A DNA stretch of 64,000 nucleotides from an uncultured Candidatus Saccharibacteria bacterium (GCA_964580065.1 CAZOJE010000003.1:18441-82440), one strand, 5' to 3'. Shown: positions 30,357 to 40,666, numbered from the stretch's first letter. Notes: a model not told the origin generated them from the letters alone. Numbers and translations: made by a program.

Positions 30357-31496
30357 GTGGAAAATCTCGACAAAAAAATTATTGCCGTTCAAAAAAGCAC
30401 TCGCACCACTTTTTCGTGTTTTAATCCGTTGCACAATAAACTTCGGGCCAAATTCCCATGGTATTATTCGTGGCATGTCAAATCATTTGCTAATTTTGCC
30501 CATAAGTTAGTTTTGCTCGCCTACACCTTAAACATTGTCGCCTTCGTCCTTTTTTCCAGTGTGCTTGTTTACAACAAAACGGCCACTAATATTGCTATGA
30601 AGGCCGCTTCGGAGCAGACGGGTCTCAACACAAAAACAATATGGGAGGCAGGAACTTTAGACAATATCGACACGACGTCTTCGGTAAACCAAATGAAAAT
30701 AGCAGATTTAAGCAGTAGCCCTATTGATTTATCTAATAAAACAATCGCTGTGACTTACGATGAGGCAAACAAAGCTAGTGCTAATGACAAAAACGAAAAC
30801 ACTTATTGGTCTGTTACCGATCTTATCTGGCCGAATAACCAATCATGGACTATCGATATAGGAGAAAATTACACTGTTGCGAAAATGAAATCATTAACTT
30901 CTACCAGTACAACAGCATGGACCAACCTCATATATTCATATAGCACGGATGGGACAAGTTTCACCCCTACGGCCGACAACTATACTGTAACCACCGGCAC
31001 CCCCGCGTGGGATGAAAGTGCAGATATAAATGCTACGGCTCGTTATCTCCGAATAACTTTTTCAGGCAACGATCCCGATAATTCGTCTGACGGTTATCTC
31101 TACGAATTTCAGGCATACGGGCCGGGTTATGCCACCCACACCACCGCCGCTAATCAATTAGACGGAGGAAGCAATTTTCTGACATGGGAAACTTTTACTC
31201 CTACTCAAACGGTCTCGGACAATGCAACGATACAATATAGATTTAGAACTTCTACCGATGGAAGCACTTGGACCGCTTGGACGGCTTATCAATCAGGAAC
31301 ATCATTTGATTTATCTAAATTAGTCACAAACAGTGTTGGAACAGGAGAAGATATTACTTATTATAAATATCTTCAGATTGAAGCTAAACTAACTTCTTTA
31401 GATGGGGTATCAACGCCGATCATTACTGACTATACGGTTAATCATCATACCAATCGGGCGCCTACGGCGCCCGCGGAGCCGAGTGCCGCTCTCTAA
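30357..31496 (+). CDS. Membrane-anchored surface protein with F5/8 type C (discoidin)-like domains, paralog A
   Basis: GTG start. TM helix. NENTYWSVTD...QSWTIDIGENYTV...YSYSTDGTSFT matches the discoidin pattern. The C-terminal 120 aa is identical to paralog B. Confidence 0.6.
   Translation: MENLDKKIIAVQKSTRTTFSCFNPLHNKLRAKFPWYYSWHVKSFANFAHKLVLLAYTLNIVAFVLFSSVLVYNKTATNIAMKAASEQTGLNTKTIWEAGTLDNIDTTSSVNQMKIADLSSSPIDLSNKTIAVTYDEANKASANDKNENTYWSVTDLIWPNNQSWTIDIGENYTVAKMKSLTSTSTTAWTNLIYSYSTDGTSFTPTADNYTVTTGTPAWDESADINATARYLRITFSGNDPDNSSDGYLYEFQAYGPGYATHTTAANQLDGGSNFLTWETFTPTQTVSDNATIQYRFRTSTDGSTWTAWTAYQSGTSFDLSKLVTNSVGTGEDITYYKYLQIEAKLTSLDGVSTPIITDYTVNHHTNRAPTAPAEPSAAL
31131..31487 (+). repeat. 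~357-bp segment >98% identical to 32401-32757 (shared 3' coding module of the two discoidin-protein genes)
   Basis: Direct comparison finds only about three mismatches over ~357 bp. Confidence 0.8.
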
Positions 31497-31557
31497 AGTG
31501 CTCTCCAATACCTTTTAGCGAGGCGACATAATCACTAAAATTTGTTAAAATGGACGA

Positions 31558-32799
31558 GTGAAAAATCTCGACCAAAAAATTATTGCCGTTCAAAAAAGCA
31601 CTCGCACCACCTTCTCTCGCTTATCGGCACTACACAATAAACTTCGCGCCAAATTCCCATGGTATTATTCGTGGCATGTAAAACCCTTTGCTAACATTAC
31701 ACATCAATTAACTCTTCTTATATATGTTTTGAATATTGTCGTTTTTGTGCTCTTTTCCAGCGTGCTCACCTACCGTCCCGCTACAAATATCGCTATGAAA
31801 GCCGCTTCAGAGCAGACAACACTCAACACTAAAGCAGTGTGGGAGGCAGGAACTTCAGATAATATCGATACGACATCTTCGGTAAATCAAATGAAAATGG
31901 CTAATTTTAGTAATGGCCCCGTTGATTTATCAAGCGCTGTCACTAGTGTGATTGGCGACACGCCTGTTACTTACGATGACACTAATATTGACCATTACGA
32001 CACCGCCGCTATTAGCCAAAATGACTATGCCGCTATGTTTGACAACGACCAATCGACTTATTACACAATGTCGGGCATAACGGGTTTGCCCTGGCCATGG
32101 CATATTCACGTAACACTTGATTTTGGCGACGATATAAATATCATTTCCCAATCGCATTGTTTGGGCTTCAGCGGCGAAGGATACGGCAATACTTCCTCAA
32201 TAGAAATATCTGGTGATGGCAGTAATTGGACGACGGTTTTGGAGGCGGCTGATTATGTTACGGACTCTTGTAATGTCGCTTATCCGCTAACCAATGGGCC
32301 GGCGGGAAATAATCGTTACGCTCGGCTGACAATATCTTCGCCGATGGAAGGTCAGCAAGTTAATATTAAAGAATTGGGGCTAAACGCTCTTCCGGCTACC
32401 GCCACCCACACCACCGCCGCTGATCAATTAGACGGGGGAAGCAATTTTCTGACATGGGAAACTTTTACTCCTACTCAAACGGTCTCGGACAATGCAACGA
32501 TACAATATAGATTTAGAACTTCTACCGATGGAAGCACTTGGACCGCTTGGACGGCTTATCAATCAGGAACATCATTTGATTTATCTAAATTAGTCACAAA
32601 CAGTGTTGGAACAGGAGAAGATATTACTTATTATAAATATCTTCAGATTGAAGCTAAACTAACTTCTTTAGATGGAGTATCAACGCCGATCATTACTGAC
32701 TATACGGTTAATCATCATACTAATCGGGCGCCTACGGCGCCCGCGGAGCCGAGTACTACAGTAGATTCGGGGAAAATGATTTCTCTTCCACCGTCTTAA
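31558..32799 (+). CDS. Membrane-anchored surface protein with F5/8 type C (discoidin)-like domains, paralog B
   Basis: GTG start. MFDNDQSTYYTMSGI..LPWPWHIHVTLDFGDDINI...ISGDGSNWTTV is a strong discoidin signature. It shares the C-terminal module with paralog A. Confidence 0.6.
   Translation: MKNLDQKIIAVQKSTRTTFSRLSALHNKLRAKFPWYYSWHVKPFANITHQLTLLIYVLNIVVFVLFSSVLTYRPATNIAMKAASEQTTLNTKAVWEAGTSDNIDTTSSVNQMKMANFSNGPVDLSSAVTSVIGDTPVTYDDTNIDHYDTAAISQNDYAAMFDNDQSTYYTMSGITGLPWPWHIHVTLDFGDDINIISQSHCLGFSGEGYGNTSSIEISGDGSNWTTVLEAADYVTDSCNVAYPLTNGPAGNNRYARLTISSPMEGQQVNIKELGLNALPATATHTTAADQLDGGSNFLTWETFTPTQTVSDNATIQYRFRTSTDGSTWTAWTAYQSGTSFDLSKLVTNSVGTGEDITYYKYLQIEAKLTSLDGVSTPIITDYTVNHHTNRAPTAPAEPSTTVDSGKMISLPPS
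32401..32757 (+). repeat. Second copy of the ~357-bp near-identical coding repeat
   Basis: See 31131-31487. Confidence 0.8.
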
Positions 32800-32913
32800 G
32801 TTTCGCCAAGCGGCGAATTACCCTAAAACCAACCCAGCTCTTGACAAAATGTAAAGTTCTCTTTACAATTTCTATTGTAGAAAATAAAAAATATAAATAT
32901 TTAGAGGAGCGTT

Positions 32914-34797
32914 ATGGGTAAAATAATTGGAATCGATCTTGGAACAACCAACTCTGTGGCCGCTTTCATTGAAGGCGGAAAACCTAAAGTCATCCCTTCA
33001 GCCGAGGGCGGAAATATAATCCCCTCCATCGTAGCTGAAACAAAAAGTGGCGAACGTCTTGTCGGTCAATTAGCTAAACGTCAAGCTGTCACTAACCCAG
33101 AAAACACAATCTTTTCGGCTAAAAGATTAATCGGTCGTCGCTTTTCCGACAAAGAAGTCCAAGCCGATAAAAAGGCCGTTCCTTTCGAAATTAAAGAAGG
33201 TCGCAACGAATCAGTCGAAGTAGTCGCTGGCAGCAAGTCTTATACACCTCAAGAAGTTTCCGCTTTCATTTTGCAAAAAATCAAAAAAGATGCCGAAGAT
33301 TATCTAGGTGAAAAAATCAGCGAAGCTGTCATTACTGTTCCGGCTTATTTTAACGATTCGCAACGCCAAGCGACAAAAGATGCGGGCGTGATTGCCGGTT
33401 TCGACGTAAAAAGAATTATCAACGAGCCAACCGCCGCCGCCCTAGCTTACGGTTTAGACAAGAAAAAAGAAGGTAATATTGCCGTCTTTGACCTTGGCGG
33501 CGGAACATTCGATATCACCATTCTGGAAATTGGTGATGGCGTTTTTGAAGTTAAAGCCACCAACGGGGACACTCACCTTGGTGGTGACGACTTCGACCAA
33601 AAAATTATGGAATATCTTGTCAGCGAATTCAAAAAAGACCAAGGCATTGATATTTCAAGCGACAATTCGGCTATTCAAAGAGTTAAAGAAGCGGCCGAAA
33701 AAGCTAAAATCGAGCTTTCTACTAAGCAAGAAACCGAAATTAATCTGCCATTTATTACGGCTGACTCTAGTGGCCCAAAACACTTAGTCATGAGTTTATC
33801 GCGCGCCAAATTAGTTTCTTTGGTAAGTGATCTGGTAAGCAAAACCGAAAAACCTTGTCTATCGGCAATTAAGGATTCTGGCATTAGCACTAAAGACATC
33901 GACGAAGTCATTCTAGTCGGTGGTATGACCAGAATGCCTGCTGTCCAAGAAAAAGTTAAAGAGATTTTTGATCGCGAACCGTCCAAGGGTGTCAATCCCG
34001 ATGAAGCCGTGGCGATCGGTGCCGCAATTCAAGGCGGTGTTTTAACTGGCGACGTTAAGGATTTGCTTTTGCTCGACGTTACTCCCCTTTCACTCGGCAT
34101 TGAAACTCTCGGCGGCGTTATGACTAAATTAATCGAAAAGAATACAACAATTCCAACCAACAAATCGCAAATCTTTTCGACTGCCGCCGACAGCCAAACC
34201 CAAGTCGAAATTCATGTTCTTCAGGGTGAAAGAGAAATGGCCGCCGATAACCGCACTTTGGGAAGGTTCATTCTCGATGGCATTCCGCCAGCACCAAGAG
34301 GCATTCCTCAAGTCGAAGTCAGTTTCGATCTCGATGCTAATGGCATTCTCAATGTAAAGGCGGTCGACAAAGCTACAAACAAAGAGCAAAAAATCACCAT
34401 TACGGCTTCAAGCGGGTTAAGCAAAGAAGAAATCGAAAAAATGACCAAGGACGCTGAAGCTCACGCCGAAGAAGACAAAAAAAGACGTGAAGAAATAGAA
34501 GTGAAAAACACCACCGAATCCCTCGTTTACTCCAGTGAAAAAGCTCTCAAAGATGCCGGCGATAAGGTTAAAAAAGAAACTGTCGATCAGGTACAAGAAA
34601 AAATCGACGCCGCTAAAAAAGCTCTCAAAGGCGACGATGTAGAAAAGATTAAGTCTGCCGGCGAAGATCTATCGGCCACTATTCAAAAAGTTGGTCAAGA
34701 GCTTTATAGCGCCGCTGGTGCAAAAGAAGAAAAACCCGAAGATAAAGAAGATAAAAAAGACGACGAAAAAGACACTAAAGACGAATCGAAAAAGTAA
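32914..34797 (+). CDS. dnaK: Molecular chaperone DnaK (Hsp70)
   Basis: 627 aa with [18 protein letters not shown] and a C-terminal EEDKK tail. Confidence 0.95.
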   Translation: MGKIIGIDLGTTNSVAAFIEGGKPKVIPSAEGGNIIPSIVAETKSGERLVGQLAKRQAVTNPENTIFSAKRLIGRRFSDKEVQADKKAVPFEIKEGRNESVEVVAGSKSYTPQEVSAFILQKIKKDAEDYLGEKISEAVITVPAYFNDSQRQATKDAGVIAGFDVKRIINEPTAAALAYGLDKKKEGNIAVFDLGGGTFDITILEIGDGVFEVKATNGDTHLGGDDFDQKIMEYLVSEFKKDQGIDISSDNSAIQRVKEAAEKAKIELSTKQETEINLPFITADSSGPKHLVMSLSRAKLVSLVSDLVSKTEKPCLSAIKDSGISTKDIDEVILVGGMTRMPAVQEKVKEIFDREPSKGVNPDEAVAIGAAIQGGVLTGDVKDLLLLDVTPLSLGIETLGGVMTKLIEKNTTIPTNKSQIFSTAADSQTQVEIHVLQGEREMAADNRTLGRFILDGIPPAPRGIPQVEVSFDLDANGILNVKAVDKATNKEQKITITASSGLSKEEIEKMTKDAEAHAEEDKKRREEIEVKNTTESLVYSSEKALKDAGDKVKKETVDQVQEKIDAAKKALKGDDVEKIKSAGEDLSATIQKVGQELYSAAGAKEEKPEDKEDKKDDEKDTKDESKK

Positions 34798-34899
34798 ATC
34801 AGCTACAACAAAATAAAACCAAGAAAACCCCGACAGATTTCAGCCGTTTTTGTCGGGGTTTTCCATTTTTGCCACCTCTTTTGTGGTAAAATAATGTAG

Positions 34900-35637
34900 A
34901 TGAAAAGAAAATTTTTTGTTTTTTTGCTTGCAACATTAGCCATTTCTTTAACCGGCTGTAGCTTCCAAAAGAAATCAGATATCACCACAAGTAACGCTAA
35001 TTCAAACCAAATTTCCCAAGAGGCCGCAGGCGCTTCGGCTGTGCCTGAAGCCACCGGTTCAGGCACGAGCACGACAGGCGCTTTAGTCCAAGATTCGGCG
35101 GGGTCAGTTTTAGATCTCAATTTTGACTCGGACACAATTGACGACACTTTCAACCAAAGCTACCAAGAGGCCTATTCCGATGCAAATTCTACACTCAAAG
35201 GACAAGCAAAATTCTGCAACGTCATGGTAGAAATGTCTCCCACCCAAAACCCGGCAACAGCCAAATTAAATTTCTTTTTCACCACCGATAGCCAAAAAGA
35301 TTGGTATTGGCTCAACCAAAAAGATTTGCTTGAAAATATCAAAAAAAGAATGTTCGCGGCCAAAAGAGATTTTTCCGAAATCAGTTGCGTCAGCACCACT
35401 GTCAACAGTATATCTGTGAATTATGCCGATGCTCTTAAAGAAGCCGTTGATTCTGGTGGCGCTTCTTTAAACTCAACCGATATCGCCAAGATAAAAATAT
35501 ATTTAGAAGGCACGAATTGGAAAATAGACGGTTGGAAAAACGACAGCACGATTGCTTCGCAGTCTGTTCCATTTTCCAGCACCGCCGCCGCCAGCACATC
35601 GTCTAGCTCAAGCTCCACTAAATCAACCACCAAGTAG
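34900..35637 (+). CDS. Hypothetical lipoprotein
   Basis: Signal peptide with lipobox LTGC, followed by an S/T-rich tail. Confidence 0.55.
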   Translation: MKRKFFVFLLATLAISLTGCSFQKKSDITTSNANSNQISQEAAGASAVPEATGSGTSTTGALVQDSAGSVLDLNFDSDTIDDTFNQSYQEAYSDANSTLKGQAKFCNVMVEMSPTQNPATAKLNFFFTTDSQKDWYWLNQKDLLENIKKRMFAAKRDFSEISCVSTTVNSISVNYADALKEAVDSGGASLNSTDIAKIKIYLEGTNWKIDGWKNDSTIASQSVPFSSTAAASTSSSSSSTKSTTK

Positions 35638-35703
35638 TGTAAAGATCTCTTTACTTATGGCGCATAAAATAGTAAAATTTCTCTGTTGTTAATCAGATAA
35701 TTT

Positions 35704-36342
35704 ATGAGTAAAGATTATTACGAAATTTTAGGCGTAAGCCGCTCGGCCAGCGACGCCGAGATAAAAAAGGCCTACCGTAAACTTGCCCTTGAACACCACC
35801 CCGACCGCGGCGGCGATCAAGAAAAGTTCAAGCAGGTCAATGAGGCCTATCAAATCCTTTCCGACCCACAAAAACGCGCTCAATACGACCGTTTTGGCTC
35901 GGCTGGATTTAACGGCGGCTATTCCCAAGGCCGTTCTGGCGGTTTTGAAGGGTTTGATTTTTCCGATTTCCAATCCGGTTTTTCAAGCGGCGGATTCAGT
36001 TTTGGCGGCGGCTTGGGCGACATCTTCGGCGATTTTTTTTCGCAAGCTTTCTCCACTGTGCAAGCCGAGGTTGAAATATCGCCAGCCCAAGCTGTGCTAG
36101 GCGACAAGCTACGCATTAACGTTAATGGACAGGAGATAGATTTAGATATTCCCGCCGGTACTCAAGATGGTACCCAATTTCGTATCCGCGGCGGCGGCCG
36201 CGAAATAAGAAACGGCCAAAAAGGCGATCTTATTTTGTCAATCAGAATTAAATTCCCCAAAAAATTGACTCAAGAACAGAAGGAGCTTTGGGAAAAGCTA
36301 AAAGATCTCGATCAGAAAAAATCTCGCTGGTGGAAACACTAA
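35704..36342 (+). CDS. dnaJ: DnaJ-like J-domain co-chaperone lacking the Zn-finger domain
   Basis: J domain with HPD ([14 protein letters not shown]), a G/F-rich region, and a DnaJ C-terminal-like beta domain. No CxxCxGxG repeats. 212 aa. Confidence 0.75.
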   Translation: MSKDYYEILGVSRSASDAEIKKAYRKLALEHHPDRGGDQEKFKQVNEAYQILSDPQKRAQYDRFGSAGFNGGYSQGRSGGFEGFDFSDFQSGFSSGGFSFGGGLGDIFGDFFSQAFSTVQAEVEISPAQAVLGDKLRINVNGQEIDLDIPAGTQDGTQFRIRGGGREIRNGQKGDLILSIRIKFPKKLTQEQKELWEKLKDLDQKKSRWWKH

Positions 36343-36523
36343 AAAGCTTTAAAGCGCGATATGTTATAGTTGATTGTACGTATGATGTGCTATAATTTCT
36401 TATAGAACATTCCGAAAGGGGTGTTTAAGGCAAAAGCCGCTTGTCTATGATGTTTTGGCGGCGCAAATTCCATATTTTCTTCCTTTGCGGGAAGTAAAAT
36501 TCTAAATTGGAGGGGAAAATTCA

Positions 36524-37034
36524 AGTGGCATCTACTGTACCTACATGGGATTTGTTTTTAGCAATATTCATTGCCATTACTGTGTTGTATGGTTTCATGA
36601 TGCAACGCGAAAAAATAATGGCAGCCCTTTTAGCTTCGTATATGGGCATAGTCATCGTTAGCGTTTGGTCAAGCCCAATCAAAGATTTTTTCGAAGGTAA
36701 AAAAACTGTTGCTAACACCTGGATCCAAGCCGATGCTTCACCCGCAACGATTAAAATAATTATTTTCCTGTTGATTGTTGGCCTGGTCGCTTCCAAGGCA
36801 GATCTTTCAATCGGACGTGAAAATACTTTGGCGCCGTTTGAAATCTTGCTTTACTCGGCCGCCACCGGAATTTTAATTGCTGCAACAATTTTTTCTTACT
36901 TGCCCTCCGAGGTTCAGGGATCCATTATCGCCCAAACCAAAGTTATTCACTTTTTGAAAGATTATTATTCTTTGTGGCTCATCATTCCGGTTATTTTAAT
37001 GGTTTTCGTCACTTCTAGGCGGCGAAACTATTAG
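36524..37034 (+). CDS. Hypothetical polytopic membrane protein (CvpA-like?)
   Basis: GTG start 9 nt after GGAGGGG, preceded by an extended -10 (TGcTATAAT) promoter at ~36395. Four to five TM helices. Confidence 0.45.
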
Positions 37035-37131
37035 CTCAACCAGTTGGGTTGATAACAATGAGGATTTTTGTTATTATTTTCCCAGCAAAAATGTTTGCTT
37101 TGTTTTTTTGTAATTTTGATGTTTGAAACTT

Positions 37132-37176
37132 GGGCCAGTAGCTCAGTGGTAGAGCAGGAGCCTTTTAAGCTTCGTG
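37132..37176 (+). pseudogene. 5' fragment of tRNA-Lys (45 nt: acceptor through anticodon arm to variable loop), duplicate of the intact gene
   Basis: Identical to nt 1-45 of the downstream tRNA-Lys. It lacks the T-arm and 3' acceptor strand. Confidence 0.6.
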
Positions 37177-37309
37177 CAAGGGCTTGAGCGGGTAGAACGC
37201 TCAAGTGCCGGACCGCGACGGCGGGAGGCGGGGTCGCGCAAAAATTCAGCAGAATTTTATGCGTGACCGATCCCCAAGGAGATCGAACATTATAAATATA
37301 GGTTAGTTT

Positions 37310-37384
37310 GGGCCAGTAGCTCAGTGGTAGAGCAGGAGCCTTTTAAGCTTCGTGTCGAGGGTTCGATCCCCTCCTGGCCCTCCA
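37310..37384 (+). tRNA. tRNA-Lys (anticodon TTT), CCA encoded
   Basis: GGGCCAG/CTGGCCC acceptor, D-arm TAGCTCAGTGGTAGAGCA, anticodon loop CTTTTAA, T-arm GAGGGTTCGATCCCCTC, CCA. Confidence 0.85.
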
Positions 37385-37512
37385 AGCAAGTACCCCACGC
37401 AAGTGGGGTTTTTGCTTGGAGTGATTTTGGCGCGGGGATCGAAGGCCGCAGGGCTGACTGAGTCCGAGGCCCGCCCCGAAGAAATTTCAGCAGAAATTTA
37501 CTGAGGGGGAGC

Positions 37513-37529
37513 CCCTCCTGGCCCTCCAA
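37513..37529 (+). repeat. Duplicate of the tRNA-Lys 3' end (CCCCTCCTGGCCCTCCA), ~130 bp downstream of the intact gene
   Basis: Exact 17-nt match to the T-stem 3' strand + acceptor + CCA of tRNA-Lys. Confidence 0.55.
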
Positions 37530-37643
37530 ACCTATTTTGCGCAAGCAAAGAGGTTTGTCCTCCGTAGTCCGCCAACTGGCGGACGAAGGATGGACTACCC
37601 GTAACCCATAACTTTACGCGACGGGTTGCGAAATAATAAGTGT

Positions 37644-37882
37644 ATGTATTACGTTTATCTTCTGGAACTGGTCGACAGATCAATCTACGCTGGGTCAACT
37701 AGCGACATAAAGAAAAGATTTACCAAACATAACAAAGGCGATGTTCTGGCAACCAAAGGCAAAAGACCAATCAAATTGGTCTTTTATTGTGTTTTTCCAA
37801 CTAAAGAGGGTTATCAAGTTTGAAAAATATCTCAAATTTGGTTCTGGTCAATCCTTTAGGGACAGGCACTTGGTGAAGTAAG
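37644..37882 (+). pseudogene. GIY-YIG nuclease family small protein (YhbQ/UPF0213-like), apparently frameshifted near 37815-37825
   Basis: MYYVYLLE...SIYAGSTSDIKKRFTKHNKG....KGKRPIKLVFY is a GIY-YIG core. The expected C-terminus (..KFEKYLKFGSGQSFRDRHLVK) continues in the +2 frame after a premature TGA. Confidence 0.45.
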
Positions 37883-37966
37883 CCCAAGTGATACAGCCCG
37901 AACTGATAACCGGCTAAAAGCTGGTTTTTGCTTTATAAATTCGCTAATATTTTGAGCAGGAGGAAA

Positions 37967-39316
37967 ATGGTTAATCACCACGAACTAACTGAAACAAGCT
38001 TTATTCCTGAAGAAACGACCAACGCGCAAGAGCTAAATTTATCAACCGAAGAATCCCCCAAAGAAGAATCGCTTAAGAATGTAGAAGAGGAAAAGGGCAG
38101 AAGGTTTGAAGTCATCGTTTTGCCCAAAATTGCCGAGGATGCAGAAGGAAATGATTATCTAGAACACGCCAAGATTGATCAAGAAAATTTGGCAGACTTG
38201 GAAACACTCATTGATTATCTTAAAAGAATACCGCCAAAATTAGTGTCTGAATACTATAGAGGGCAAATAAAATTCATCATTGATCTATACGATGAATATG
38301 AAAGACGATTGGCCGGCATCCAAAATGCCAGACAAACAGGAGAGTTGGTTGATGAAAAAATAGCAAAACAAACAAAACTATCCGAGCAAGAGGTAGCGCC
38401 CGCAGACGAAATTTACGAAAAACTGTTGCATCATTTTGAAACTTCACCAACAGAGATGATTACCTTGGCTGAAAGTCATATGTCAAGTTATGATTCAATC
38501 AGTGCGGCCCAAGAAGCCGCCGAGTTCAGAGAACCACAGACGGCCGTTATCGTGTTTGATAACCATCAAGACACCCTTGGTAGAGACCGTCCATGGAAAG
38601 GGAATATTTTCCGACTTTTAAGAGAAAAAGGACAGATAGCCGGCGCCATTTTTTTCGGAAATTTTCAGGACACCGTTACCCTCTATTATTCTAAAAGCGA
38701 GGAAAGCTATATTGTGCCAGAGGTTTCCAGCCCAAATACTAAAGGAAAAGAAAGGGTTAAAATTATTGTCCGCCAAGCGTTAGAAGAATTTGCCAAACGC
38801 GGCATTACTAATATGGTTATTTCGATAGACATTGACGTTTTAAGAGCTAGGGAAATCGGCTATACTGCCACGGAATACAACCCCCGAACAATTTTGGGAT
38901 ATTTATCTTCGATAGATTTGTCAGAGGTTGGGCTTAACAAAAAACCCGAAGGATTAACCACAGAAGAAGTGACACAATTAATCAAATATGTCTTCAATTT
39001 CAGCAATAGGAAAAGATTGCTTAACCCCCTTATAGCTTTAGATCACAATCAGAATTCCATGGATCCCATTGGCGCCAGATTATCCGAAATCGGAACGGCA
39101 TTAGAAACAATTTATTCAGAATGTAGCCGCATGGGGATAGAAATCGGGATCAAGCTTAAAGGTGGCGGCCGATATATTGGCGATATTGTCGAACTAAGCG
39201 GTTATGATTATAAAGGACACACCACCCGAGCCGTATCAGCGCTAGCAAAAAAAATAGAAAATCTCTCCGCTGTTAAAAACCCCAAAGAATCTTCAGAGGG
39301 ACCCGAAAGCCAGTAA
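37967..39316 (+). CDS. Hypothetical protein, possible arginase/deacetylase-fold (ureohydrolase-like) domain
   Basis: ATG at 37967 after GGAGG. VFDNHQD (DxHxD) and ISIDIDVL (SxDxD) motifs resemble the metal sites of the arginase superfamily. Inference only. Confidence 0.45.
   Translation: MVNHHELTETSFIPEETTNAQELNLSTEESPKEESLKNVEEEKGRRFEVIVLPKIAEDAEGNDYLEHAKIDQENLADLETLIDYLKRIPPKLVSEYYRGQIKFIIDLYDEYERRLAGIQNARQTGELVDEKIAKQTKLSEQEVAPADEIYEKLLHHFETSPTEMITLAESHMSSYDSISAAQEAAEFREPQTAVIVFDNHQDTLGRDRPWKGNIFRLLREKGQIAGAIFFGNFQDTVTLYYSKSEESYIVPEVSSPNTKGKERVKIIVRQALEEFAKRGITNMVISIDIDVLRAREIGYTATEYNPRTILGYLSSIDLSEVGLNKKPEGLTTEEVTQLIKYVFNFSNRKRLLNPLIALDHNQNSMDPIGARLSEIGTALETIYSECSRMGIEIGIKLKGGGRYIGDIVELSGYDYKGHTTRAVSALAKKIENLSAVKNPKESSEGPESQ
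39178..39260 (+). repeat. Direct repeat copy 1 (~80 bp; 3' coding end of the 37967 gene)
   Basis: CTAAGCGGTTATGATTATAAAGGACACACCACCCGAGCCGTATCAGCGCTAGCAAAAAAAATAGAAA is exactly repeated at 40681-40747. Similarity with mismatches extends ~14 bp further upstream. Confidence 0.8.
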
Positions 39317-39354
39317 ACCGATTTGCGATCTAAACAAATCCTTAAGCAAAATTA

Positions 39355-40188
39355 ATGGCCGAAACAATATTTTCAGCAATGAACACGATCGTCCAAATTA
39401 GAATCGAAGGCAAAGACGATAGCGTGGCTGTAGAAAAAGCTAAAGCGACTATTCTAGATTGCGAGAAACGCTTTAATTGTTTTTCCCGACAAAGTGAGGT
39501 TTCAAAGCTTTGCCGCCACATCGAAACCAACACGGAATACTCAATTGGCCGTGACTTATATGAGATCCTTCTTATCGCGCAAAAAATCAGTAAAAAAACC
39601 AACGGCCTATTTGATGTTGATTTTGAAAATCACGAAAAACACAAACAATATCATTTAGCCAACCCAAATTTAATAAGCTTTGAATCCAAAAAAACCAAAA
39701 TTAATCTAGGTGCAATCGCCAAAGGGTACGCGGCCGATAAAACAATGGAAAACATCAAAAAATTCAATGTTGGTCGAGCCATGATTAGCATGGGCGGACA
39801 AGTGACTTGTTTTAGCCGAACTCAAGCGTGGCAAGTCGGCTTACAAAATCCTAATAAAAAGTTTGGCCAAATTATCGGGTTAATCGCAATGTCAAACGGG
39901 TCACTCTCCACCTCGGCGGAAAATTATCGGGGGAAACATATAAAAAATCCCCAATCAACAAATTGGGAAAAAAACATTGATTCTATTTCAGTTTTTTCGG
40001 ATTCAGGAAGCTTGGCCGATGCTTATTCCACCGCCTTATTTTTAGCCGACCCAAAAACGAGAAAAAAACTGGCGCAAAAAAACAACCTAAATGTTATAAT
40101 TATTAATGGTGAGATTATAAAAATATCGGCCAATTTGCTAAACAAGTTCGTTTTGGTCGATAAAAAGTGCAAAGTAGAAAAATATTAA
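39355..40188 (+). CDS. apbE: FAD:protein FMN transferase (ApbE/Ftp family)
   Basis: 277 aa. INLGAIAKGYAAD and MISMGGQV motifs are typical of ApbE. Confidence 0.75.
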   Translation: MAETIFSAMNTIVQIRIEGKDDSVAVEKAKATILDCEKRFNCFSRQSEVSKLCRHIETNTEYSIGRDLYEILLIAQKISKKTNGLFDVDFENHEKHKQYHLANPNLISFESKKTKINLGAIAKGYAADKTMENIKKFNVGRAMISMGGQVTCFSRTQAWQVGLQNPNKKFGQIIGLIAMSNGSLSTSAENYRGKHIKNPQSTNWEKNIDSISVFSDSGSLADAYSTALFLADPKTRKKLAQKNNLNVIIINGEIIKISANLLNKFVLVDKKCKVEKY

Positions 40189-40202
40189 CTTCGGGAGGGA
40201 GG

Positions 40203-40598
40203 ATGAAAATGGCCCTAAAAATTATCGGAGCGATTTTCCTTGTTATAATTATTGCGATTGGAATTGCGGTTGTGAGAACCCTAAATTATCACAAAAAACT
40301 TAAAGCCGAGCCCGTCAAAGATATTGATTTTTCTAAAGTTAAAGATGGAGAATATGAAGGCAAGTTTGACGCTAGTTTATGGACAAACAATGTTCAGGTC
40401 GTTGTCGCGAACCACAAAATTACCAAAATCACGCTGCTTAAAGCCAACAACACCCCTATGGCCGATAAAGAAAATGAGATTATATCTAAAATTATTAGCC
40501 AGCAAAATTTAAAGGTTGACGTCGTTGCCGGAGCCACTATCACGACAAAAACAATCTTAAAATCAACCGAAATCGCCCTAGAAAAGGGATTGAATTAG
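40203..40598 (+). CDS. Membrane-anchored FMN-binding domain protein (NqrC/RnfG-like FMN_bind), probable ApbE substrate
   Basis: Start MKMALK after GGGAGGGAGG. N-terminal TM helix. DVVAGATITTK matches the Dxx(s/t)GAT flavinylation motif. Confidence 0.6.
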   Translation: MKMALKIIGAIFLVIIIAIGIAVVRTLNYHKKLKAEPVKDIDFSKVKDGEYEGKFDASLWTNNVQVVVANHKITKITLLKANNTPMADKENEIISKIISQQNLKVDVVAGATITTKTILKSTEIALEKGLN

Positions 40599-40666
40599 AG
40601 CCGTAAACAGAAAAACCCAGAGAAACGCAACATGTTTTTTCGGCTTTTATTTTCAGTGCATATGCT

